Assembly (NCBI GenBank): GCA_964016885.1 | Contig: OZ024741.1 | Coordinates: 394,878,001-394,942,000, forward strand | DNA length: 64,000 nt | Source of the DNA: Eledone cirrhosa | Taxonomy: Eukaryota | Reading direction: 5' to 3' | Shown here: positions 53,556 to 64,000 of the stretch, one piece after another | How the letters are laid out: every line of letters begins with the position of its first letter | Numbering within the stretch: the stretch's first letter is position 1 | Translations under genes and position numbers: made by a program | Notes under the pieces: model-generated | The model's database searches: none | What the model saw: only the letters and a program-made list of their open reading frames with translations | Told to the model about the DNA's origin: nothing

Positions 53556-56066
53556 AAGATATTTTACTCAATGCCTACGAAGGTAAAGAAGAACAGATAG
53601 AGACATTTAATGTAGAAGAGAACTGGGAGTTCCTAAAAAATAATTTACTAGAGGCGACGGATGAGGTCTGTGGCTGGAGTAAGACCTCAAGCAGGAGGAG
53701 TGATTTGGTGGTGGAACAATAAGGTAGATTAAGCAGTTAAGGCCAAGAGACAGGCATGGAAAGAATGGAAGAACGGGGGGAGCAGGGTACATTACATAAA
53801 GACCAAGAGGGAAGCTAGGCGACAAGTATACTTAGCTAGGAGAGAAGCAGAGGATAGAAAATTCAAGCATGTTTTGCAACGTGAGGACCAGAAACAGGAG
53901 GTATTCAAGATTGCGAGGCAGTGTGTCAGAGATAGTTGTGATGTCATTGGAGAGAAGTGTATCCGGAATGATAAAGGTGAGCTTGCCCTCACAAGTGCTG
54001 AGAAGAAAGATGCATGGAAGAGTCATTATGATAGATTACTAAATGAGGAGAATGCATGGGAAGAAGAGACCCTACCCCAAGTAGACCCTATAGAGGGGCC
54101 AGCAGTACAAGTCAGCAGCAACGTAGTAAGTAAGGCAATCAAAGATATGAAGATGGGGAAGGCAACCAGTCCATCGGGTATAGCTGCCGAGATGCTGAAG
54201 GCATCTGGGTCTGTAGGTCACACTATAACCACACGTATTGTTAACCAGGTAATACTAGAAGGTGTCATACCAAAAGATTGGTGCAGTAGCATCATTGTCA
54301 ACTGCTACAAAGGTAAAGGCGATGCACTAGATAGAGGAAACTATAGAGGTATAAAGCTGATGGACCAGGTCATGAAAGTAACAGAAAGAGTTATAGCACA
54401 GTTGATTAGGGACCGGGTGAAATTAGACGAGATGCAATTTGGGTTTGTACCAGGAAGAGGCACCACTGATGCCCTCTTCCTTGTGAGGCAGTTACAGGAA
54501 AAGAACCTAGCTAAAAGTAAGCCACTCTACTTGGCATTTGTCGACCTTGAGAAAGCCTTTGACAGAGTTCCATGTGCTGTAATCTGGTGGGCTCTTAGAA
54601 AACTAAGAGTAGATGAATGGCTTGTGAAAGCGGTACAAGCCATTTATAGGGGAGCAAAGTTAGGATTAGCAATGAGTATAGCGAGGAATTTAGCGTACAG
54701 GTTGGGGTCCCCAGGGCTCTGTTCTTAGCCCTCTCCTGTTCATCATAGTCCTGCAGGCAATAACGGAGGAGTTTAAGACCGGATGCCCATGGGAACTCCT
54801 GTATGCTGATGACCTCGCACTCATAGCTGAATCTATGGTAGAACTAGAGAATAAATTCCAAACTTGGAAGCAGGGACTAGAAAGAAAGGGTCTCAAAGTC
54901 AACATAACAAAGACTAAGGTCCTTGTAAGTAGACGAGAAAACAGAACCCAGATCCCCTCAGGGAAATGGCTTTGCTCAGTATGTAGGAAAGGTGTAGGTA
55001 GGAACTCCATTCTCTGCCCCAAATGCAAACAATGGGTACACAAGAGATGTAGCGGGATCTCAGGAAGCTTAATTAAGAATGTAGGCTTCATATGCAGCAG
55101 CTGTGCTGAGACAGCAAGCAGCAAACAGCCACAGGAAACAAGTACCACCAATCTCTGGGAGGACTCTGTAGAAAAAGTAGACAGCTTCTGCTACCTAGGT
55201 GACCGAATTAGCAGCGGAGGTGGGTGTTCAGAAAGTACAATAACTAGGGTAAGAACGGGATGGAAGAAGTTTAGGGAACTACTACCACTGCTAGCTGCAA
55301 AAGGCTTCTCCCTCAGAATGAAAGGCAGACTGTATGATGCGTGTATCCGAACAGCAATGTTACATGGTAGTGAGACCTGGGTGCTGAAGGTGGAAGACTT
55401 ACGTAGATTAGAGAGAAACGAAGCCTGCATGCTCCGATGGATGTGTAACAGTAATATACGTGAACGACAAAGCATAAATGAATTGAGAGAGAGACTGAGC
55501 ATAAGAGGAATCAAATGCTGTGTGCAGGAGAGGCGGTTGCGCTGGTATGGACATGTGATGCGTATGAAGGATGGCAGCTGCATAAAAAGGTGCAGAGCAC
55601 TAGAAGTTGATGGAAACCGCGGAGTGGGGAGACCCAAGATGACCTGGGATGAGGTGATAAAAGCCGACCTTACCCAATTACACCTCTCAAAGGCAATGAC
55701 ACACGACCGTGACCTCTGGCATCACGCAGTAATACAGAGTACCCGACCTCCCATGGGTACAAGCTGAAGCATATAGACAATATGCCCCCACACCCCCCAC
55801 CGCAAGGTGGTTGTGGAGGTGCCTCGGCAAAAAAGCACCCAGCCCACACTGTAAAGTGGACGTGTAGGCGCCACGAAAAAGCACCCAGCACTCACTGTAA
55901 ATGAGGTTGGTGTTAGGAAGGGAATCCAGCTGTAGAAATCAAGCCAAATCAGTTCCTGTATGAGCAAGGCATGGTCAGCCGACCAGACACTGCCCACAAC
56001 AGGACAACCCGTCTAACCCATGCTAGCGTGGAAGAACGGACGTAAAACGGTGATGATGATGATGAT
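53555..56066 (+). mobile_element. RTE LINE, 5'-truncated, best-preserved copy
   Basis: ORFs 53874-54728 and 54835-55767 with YADD, PHD-like finger and GRPKMTW; full 3' UTR and (GAT)n. Confidence 0.95.
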
Positions 56067-57429
56067 ATAAATGGAAAAGAATGAAACGAAATAGCATTTC
56101 TCACTGTTAGTACGGCTGATACTTACATTTATATATATATATATATATATATACATACATACACACACATATATATGTGTGTGTTTGTATGTATGTATAT
56201 GAGCTGTATGTATGTTTACATGTAGGGATGTAAATATATGAGCCAGCATGCCCTCCCCCCCCCAAGAAAAAAAAACAATATCAACAACATATTTCTGATA
56301 AAAATTGCAAAACTATCCTTTTCTCTTTCCTGTCATCCCATTTTCATCAAAAGACATGGTTTGGCTCTTCCTACTGAAGCAAATAAAAGAGGAAATCCCC
56401 AACCTCGGTGGTGGACTATATTGCAATGATGCCCTCTTAACCTTTTATTTAGCAGAAGCATTAACACAGTGGGGTTCATAATAGAGGTGTATATGAAGAC
56501 ATATGCAATAATTATATGTATAATAAACATACAAGGGTCTTCAAATATACTTCTATTATGAACCATGCTATGTTAGTGCTCCTGCTAATTAATCCTAGCC
56601 AGTCAGTCCTTACACAGCTGCTGAGATAGCTACATGATCACAGTTTAAAATATTCATAGTGAGACTCTTTTATGTTTATTATACATAAGCATGTTGTATA
56701 TGCCTCCATATACACCTCTATCATTAACCTTTAATTTTCAGGGTTAAATGCTTGATCCCATGTACTACATGCCTGAGCAAACCCAATGAGATTAATGTAT
56801 CATTTGCATACCAGATTTCAGCTGGTACTGTGAATCTGTGATCACAAAGTAATAATTTAAGATAATATTGAAAAGTGTGAGTAACTGTACTCACCCCTGC
56901 CTGATACCAATGTTAATATTGAACTCACCAATTATGTCCCTGTCAATATATTTTAACATAGATACTCTATTAGGTCAACTGTTTTACATTAAAGCATTGA
57001 CTAACAGGTCTCTTCCCATACTGTATCAAAACTGACTTCAAATTGTTAGTGCAGTTGTAGCAGAACTTGATATTTTTTGAATTTTTCAAATAGCTGATAT
57101 ATAACAAATATTGCATCAATGTCATTGCTATAGCTCTGTAATTGGACAAGAGTAGTAAACTTCTGTTTTTAGAGATTGGATCATCAGGGTCCAGTAATGT
57201 GATCCACTGTGATCCCATTAAATAAACCAACTATCTTTTGAAAACCATTCCACATGCTTTGATCATTTCCATTGTAATTCCCTATTACTTATTAATGTCT
57301 GTTTTGTTTTCAGAAAATTCATTATTTCCTGCTATATGTTGATGATATAGTTGCAATTTTACTTATTTTAATTTTTTTCTGATGTTTTTTGTTCTCATCA
57401 AGAACTTGACATGTTATTTATATGTTATT

Positions 57430-58165
57430 TACCATATATACTCAAATATAAGCCGACCATGTATTTCATTTCTGAAAAATGGGCAACAGTCCAAACTCCA
57501 TGCATAAGCTGAAGCAGCTATTCAACATGTTTAGATGGTGCAGTTTTGAAATTCTCATGAGTAGAGAGTATTTTTAATATATTTACATTTAAAATGTTTT
57601 AAGTGTCATTTAGGGTATAGTTTTTGTTTCACAACTCCCATTACGTAATGATTTTTTACAATTTCATCCATTTTATAAAGTTTCAACAAGTCTTTCGAAT
57701 TTTTATTTACTTCCAGCCACTCACATGCTGGGTGTAATTCACTTTTTTTTATAGCATACAATAGCATCCTCTCTCAATTGTAACAGAATTTTATTTAATA
57801 TACACATCAAATGAAATGCATGACTTAAAAGATGGAAATCATTTAACCTCATACAAGAAAGCTTTAGTTAGATTTTCACAATTACACCCATCTCATGCCA
57901 GCATGCCTCCTCATTCAATTAACTAAAAAAAATGAATAATTTCCGACCATTTTTAAGGTCATATTCATTTAAAGCACATAAAAAAACAAAAGGAAAAACA
58001 AATTTCACCTCCAGAATAATCACTCGTTATTTTAAAACCTTATTTATGTAGAATTTGAAGTTGGTGAAAATCAGCAAAATATTGACCTCAAATATAAGCC
58101 AACCATATTTTACCATCCATTTTTTGTCACATATTTCTTGGTTTATATACTAGTATATACAGTGT
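57430..58165. mobile_element. Tc1/pogo-type MITE remnant
   Basis: Imperfect TIRs ACCATATATACTCAAATATAAGCC / GGTTTATATACTAGTATATACAGT; shared interior with 27595-28062. Confidence 0.55.
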
Positions 58166-58970
58166 GTAGTTATCAAACTGTCTTCAGCCTACTTTTAGTG
58201 TTACATTTAAGTGATTTTATAGTAAACCACATATTAATACTACATCATTATGAAAAAAAGCATGATTGTCAGAAAAGCTACAAAAAGTTCAAGTCAGCTT
58301 ATCTAGCATTTTCTCAGCAATGTTAGTGCAGACTCTAGTACAATATAGCTCTTTATATTTACTCCACCACCACAAAAAACATCTTTATATTTTATCAGCA
58401 AGAAATTGCTTTACAAATGTAACTGGGGCAAAATTAAAGCTTTATATTTAAGCTATTCATTTCCTTTAACATGCTTCATCTTGTTGAGGACATGACAACC
58501 TCTCTAGTACTATAAAATGTACCCACTATACTCTGTAAAATGGTTGGCATTAGAAAGAGCATCATGCCATAGAAATTTGCCAAAATTGGAACATGTTTTC
58601 TGATTCATCAAGGAGGGCAATAACTCTGGACAAAAACTGACTTGAACTGTAACACCCCATTCAACCCATATGGAAAATATATATATAACATAGTAAGGAT
58701 GATGATGGTGAAATTTTCCAACATCTTTAAATTAGGTAATTAGAAGTAAATCTTTCACAGTTAGAAGCTCTTTCTTATACATAGTACTCAAACAGAAAGT
58801 AATATCTACTTTCATTAAAATTAATTGACACAGGTTACTTAAAAGCACAATACAATGTCAGTAGCAGTGTTTCAACTCCAAATGTATGAGCAGACTATTC
58901 CTGTAAACAAATTGTATAATTCAAATCAAAACAATTCTTTTATAATTATGATAATGTTTTAATGTTTCAG

Positions 58971-59152
58971 TTGGAGGCATTTATACAGTAATTAAGTCAA
59001 AAACCCCTGTAACCATTGAAGAACTTGGAGAGCAATATTGTTTGTTAGGTCCTTATAATGAAGAATGTGTTCGGACTGAAGTTGAAATTTTGGAACCTCA
59101 ATATTATGTTTACAGAGATGTCATCAAATCAATGGAGGATCAAGGAATCAGG
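58971..59152 (+). CDS. GYS: Glycogen synthase, coding exon 2
   Basis: TTTCAG acceptor; (V)GGIYTVIKSKTPVTIEELGEQYCLLGPYNEECVRTEVE...QGIR; completes the WEVANKVGGIYTV motif in the correct phase; GT donor. Confidence 0.95.
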
Positions 59153-60543
59153 GTAAAATTCTATTTTATCAATTAGGTTGTAAAAACTTTTAAACTAAAT
59201 TAATTGAAAAATTCACTTTTCTAACAAAGCTGCTGGGGTTCCTTTCTTTTGGTTTATTTGTTTTCCTTTCTTTAGTAGAAAATTAATAACAAATTTGTTA
59301 AATATCTTAAATATCTCTAAGCTACAGCTATTAAAGTTTTTTTCAGTTATTATTTTTGCAGTACTTTATATTTTTGCATAAGAAAGACATCAGATGTTGT
59401 GACATCTAACTTTACATTAAACTTTCCTGTGTCTTTCATGGCAATGATCCTCATAGTAAATTTACTAAATAACCACTGCAGCTTAATGCAGTTGCTTCTT
59501 TCTTATTTGAATTTATTGGGGAAAAAATATTTAAATTGTTGGCTTATTTTGTCATTTAGGAAGAGTAACTATTAGTGAAAATAATTGTGAATGCATGAAT
59601 TAAAATAAGAACTCAATTTAAGAAATATTTTGGATACTCCAATCCAATACAATCCAGTCAAGGGCCTTCTCACTCATGTTGGAGGAATCCCTGTAGTGAA
59701 AGAAATGTTCACGCGGTTCCTCTCATCGACTTGGCCAATAAAAATCGATCTTCAACCACACTTGGAGAAAAACACATAAAGAATCCGGATACTAGGTTTA
59801 ACAACGACAAGGAAGGAGAAGATAGCGGGAGGCCATAGGTCAATATAAATAGGCTGTCCTGAAATCAGGGAACAGAAGGAATTTTCTATCTCCAAAAGAA
59901 AACGTCACCTTCCCTTGTCAATGGGCCTTTGACTGCTACCTTGCTGATGCTACTAACGATTGATAGTTTGCCACTCTCTATTTCAGTATAACGAAAAAAA
60001 ACAAAAACATCGTCAACCTTTATGATTTGTTGTAATCTTATTCTTTGTTCCTTTATTCACTGAAGTGAAGTAAATTTTATATTTAAACGAAACCACTTAT
60101 TTTGTTGTGTTATTTCATCTCTAACAACACTTATTAACTTTGCTTCACCCCTCCCTAGTTGACTTCCACTGCTTTTTGTTTAGTTTTGGTCATATCAGAG
60201 GTGTAGCCATATGCACCATGTTTGGCCAATGGCAGGTTAGTGAGGCTATTTAACACATAGTTGGGTGGATGACCATTGACTCTGAGGAGTTTATTTGCCC
60301 TTTTAACAACTCTTGATTTTTGTTCCACTTACCCTTTACCACCAGACCCTATTTAGTCACCGACCACTCAACCATGACTACTCATATTACAACAAATGAT
60401 CTTAATGGGAAATGGTTTTAGTTTATATGATTAAATTTATGAAAAGATCATACCCCTTCCCATGTTTCCTATTTTTTTTTTTTATCTAAAAATGTTTTTT
60501 GCCATACTTTATTCTTTATATTGACTTTTTAAATGTATTATAG

Positions 60544-60735
60544 GTATATTTTGGAAGATGGCTGATAGAAGGTTATCCAAAAGTTGTCTTATTTGATATT
60601 AGTTCAGCTGCTTGGAAATTAGATGCTTTCAAGCAAGAACTTTGGAAGTTAGCTGGCATTGGAATCCCTTGGCATGACCGTGAAGCTAATGATGCTGTTA
60701 TATTTGGTGCACTTGTGGCATGGTTTATTGCTGAA
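60544..60735 (+). CDS. GYS: Glycogen synthase, coding exon 3
   Basis: TAG acceptor; VYFGRWLIEGYPKVVLFD...DREANDAVIFGALVAWFIAE; GTAAGT donor. Confidence 0.95.
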
Positions 60736-61379
60736 GTAAGTAAAAGTTCTATGTATAATTATTTTGATACAGGTTTGGGAGTATTTTTCAGTTTATTAAA
60801 CTAACAAAGTAAGAAAAACATTAGGCATATTATAAATTTACATCTCTGCAAAATAACATGATACTGCTAACTGAAGTTTAAATAATTTGGCTCCAAGATG
60901 AAAAAGGAAAATGATTACGTCTTTCTATTTTGTTGAAACAATGTAACATCTTTATTGATTTTTTGGTTGAAATTTAGAACCTAAGTCAAATTTATTCTAT
61001 TTAAATTTATTATGTAGCAAAATATATGTGAGAAATACTTATTCCCACCTGCCAAAAATGAAAAATTATTGGTAAATTTAATTCAATTGACTATAACTGA
61101 ATGAAAATCATAACTTGGATTCTACAGGAATCTTTCTGTAATTTCTATCTTCCCTATTATCCCTATTGTTTTGAATGATAGAAGACAAACACACTTGTGC
61201 TGGTGCCACAGTAGAATACAATCAATATTTTCTGTAAAGTGGACAGTGATCAGAGACAATAGAGGGTTGAAAGGATCCATTTAATCCTTCCATGGGCATA
61301 ATCTCTCTAGTACTGGTACCATGATAGAATGCATTCTTGGATGGTCTTTGCCTTATTAGATAGTGCAGAGTTTTGTTGG

Positions 61380-62060
61380 TAGGTGTACTCTCTTTCTTTT
61401 CTCATACTCTCTATCTAAGGCCTCACAACCCTCACCAACACCTCCTTATAATCAGTAGTATTGACCCTTAAGCCTTGTGGAAAAAATTGAGGATGCATTA
61501 CATCTCCCTCATTGCTCATGACTCCCAAAACTATCACAGTTGCTGGAAACTTTGTATGCATTGCCATTAGAATATCTGTAGGGTCTCTGCATAACCATCT
61601 GTCATTTCTTCAGTTTACCTTTTGGTCTTCTTCAAAGTTTTTCTCATCAAAGAAGAGCAAAGTATTCCAGGCTCTTCATGTTTCAACTTCTTCAACAATC
61701 ACTTTGCACAGATCAGTCTTTGCAGACATGAATTCTCCTCTCCGTGTCATATACGACTTGTATTGAAGGTCCTCATGCACAATTCTTCTGATAGTGTGCT
61801 CCTTAGCAATATCACTCATTGATTTTTTTTTAGTTTTTATTGATAATCACCTGCAACTTTTGTACAAATTTGGGTGTTATAATAGTATTAGGACACTCAG
61901 CAGACATTTTACATTTGGCTACTGCTGAAGAATCCCTGTCAGCAGCTTCCAGCTTTTTGTAAACTTTGGCAATGTTTAAATCACTATGATCTGCCTTGAA
62001 GACAGTGATTACATTGTGCCTGTTCATTTGTTGAGTCAGCTTGATGTCTGTCAACATTAA
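61380..62060 (-). mobile_element. Tc1/mariner (maT-like) transposase relic
   Basis: HTH-like SMSDIAKE..IRRIVHEDL, FFDEKNF, NDRW, TKFPATVIVLGVMSNEG; frameshifted. Confidence 0.7.
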
Positions 62061-62739
62061 AATGAAAAAGAAAAATATGAGAATCAGGACAAGTTAGAAA
62101 AAAGTTAGAGCTATTAAAATACATGTCCTCAAAGAACTGACTAACTCTGCATATATATATAAATAATCATCATTATACTTTTTAATTCTGAGGATAAACC
62201 AGCGCCAAGTGATCACATCTTGCTCATACATTCCATATTTGGCATGGTTACAATCGTTTGATCTGCTTCCTAACACCAACCATCTTATAGGGTGTATTGG
62301 GTGCATTTCTTTTGTGACACCAGCACTAAGATTTTATGAAGTGGACCAGGTGTGTTTTATCTGGTCACCAGCACTAGAGAGGTTATCATATGATCATTCA
62401 AACTCAAGTGAACCCTATAGTGTCATACACTCCATATTGTGTTTGGTGACAGGAAGATCAACCAGTTGTAGAAACTATGCCAAAAATTTGAATGTAGAAG
62501 TAGAATTTCTGAAAAAGAACTGAGTTCATAACTACTCGCTCAACTCATGCAAGCATAGAAAAAGGGACTTAAAATGATTATGATGGGGGTGATGTGTGTC
62601 ATTACCATCACCATTTAACTTTTTAGAACTATATATATATGTATATATATATATAAACAATACAATACAATATAGAGAGAAGAAAACATGAAAGAGTCTT
62701 TAATTCCGTTGTTTCATTTGATATATATATATATATATG

Positions 62740-63930
62740 TATGTGAAAGGTAAACAGAAATAACAAAACAATCGGTACAGTATATGGAAGGGATATATTA
62801 GGTTAACGCTTGATATAGCAGGAAGAGGGTCTTAACGTTTTGGACACTAGTCTTTCATCAGAAGAAAGAATGAGAAATAAGATAGATTGAAGGGACGGGT
62901 GGGGTGGAATTGGAAAAAATGTCTTTAGATAAAAATAACAGGTCCATTCATGTTGACATCTCTTGCAAAACTGTTGGTGCTGGCGTTTTGTGTATGATTT
63001 ATTTTTTAGAAAAGTGGATGATGGAACGCGTCTACCTGAAATAGAAAAAAAAACGTTGTGTAAAAAGAGCTATACTTGTGTGTGTGTGTGTGTGTTGTTA
63101 TACGTCCATACGAAGCTAAGAAGAAATGTGTTTGTATATGTAAGTAAAAGAGTGTGTGTGTGCTTGTAAGTATGAAGCTATGAGCAAAAGTATGTTAATA
63201 TAAGGGTGTGTATGTGTGTATATAGAGCTGTGAAGGGAAAAGTGGAGTGTGCATATTTTATCGGTCTGTATTATTTGTAAGAATATGTTTCTGACCATAA
63301 GAGAGCCATAGGGATCTAGGGGTGAATGTACAAGCACGTGTGATAATGGACGGGGTATTAAAGAAATTGGGGAGGAGAGTTGAGTCCATGAGGAAAATAG
63401 GACCCAAGGAGGTAAATCAGACTGTGTTCAGTCTTGGTGCATGAGGCCTGTGATCCATGATGTAAAAGGACACCCAGGACTGAGACATGTAGGGAAGAAT
63501 GACCAGGAGAACAAAAATGATGTGTGACAGGAGTATCCAAACCGAATCATATGTCCCTCAAATGTTCAGCAAAACGGTCCGCCATACGGCGTCCCATTTG
63601 CCTGATCTATAAAGACCCACAAAGGGAACACCGGAGGGCATAGACAATGTCGGTAGATGTGCAAATGAAGGAATGGCGGATACGGAATGACCCGTTAGGG
63701 CCTGTGAGAGTGGTGAGGGTGGAAATGAAGGGACAAGTGTTGCAGTGGGGATGAGAACAAGGATGAGAGCCGGATGGAGTCGTAGGAGAGGACGAGAAGG
63801 AACTGCATACCAGGAGGTCGCGGAGGTTGCGGGTGTGCTTAAAAGCAATTATAGGTGGGTTTGGAAATAAGTGAGAAGTGACAGGGTCAGAAAAGAGGAA
63901 GGAACGTCACAGGAGGCCAGTTAAACCTGC
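62740..63930 (-). mobile_element. Penelope-like element (Neptune-like) 3' fragment with pLTR
   Basis: FKHTRNLRDLLV, PCSHPHCNTCP, FICTSTDIVY, GRRMADRFAEHLRDI, PHGLN; then terminal hammerhead and (TA)n. Confidence 0.85.
62830..62865 (-). ncRNA. Minimal PLE-type hammerhead with G12A change
   Basis: UCUU-CUGAUGA-AAGACUAGUGUCC-AAAA-CG-UU-AAGA; palindromic AACGUU stem III; lies downstream of the PLE endonuclease at 63358-63930. Confidence 0.6.
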
Positions 63931-64000
63931 ATAGGTTGAGCTCTAAATTTCATTCTTTTTTTGTCAATCATAGAATGAAATATAATAGTGACTGTAATTC

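Noticed and set aside
59590-60130. Possible solo LTR (TATA-like TATAAATA, higher GC)
   Set aside because: Could not define TG...CA ends with a TSD

Overview
AT-rich, repeat-dense eukaryotic genomic DNA, most consistent with an octopus/cephalopod-type genome (inferred from (TA)n arrays, RTE-dominated LINEs and the SINE type; not proven). The only host gene I can support is glycogen synthase (+). Three coding exons missed by the ORF track lie at 23604-23742, 58971-59152 and 60544-60735, with a ~35 kb first intron. The rest is transposon-derived: many RTE LINE fragments with (GAT)n tails whose RT carries an embedded PHD-type C4HC3 finger; a CsRn1/Kabuki-like Gypsy element with an unusually long tRNA-Trp PBS; a solo LTR; R4/Dong-like and CRE-like LINEs; SINEs, MITEs, Helitron-like pieces and a Tc1/maT relic; and several Penelope-like elements (PLEs), including a tandem Naiad-like copy. 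The most striking hidden layer is a set of type I hammerhead ribozyme folds from several unrelated sequence families. They sit at PLE termini or in short fold-back duplications abutting (TA)n microsatellites. All calls were made by eye, and boundaries of degenerate repeats are approximate.
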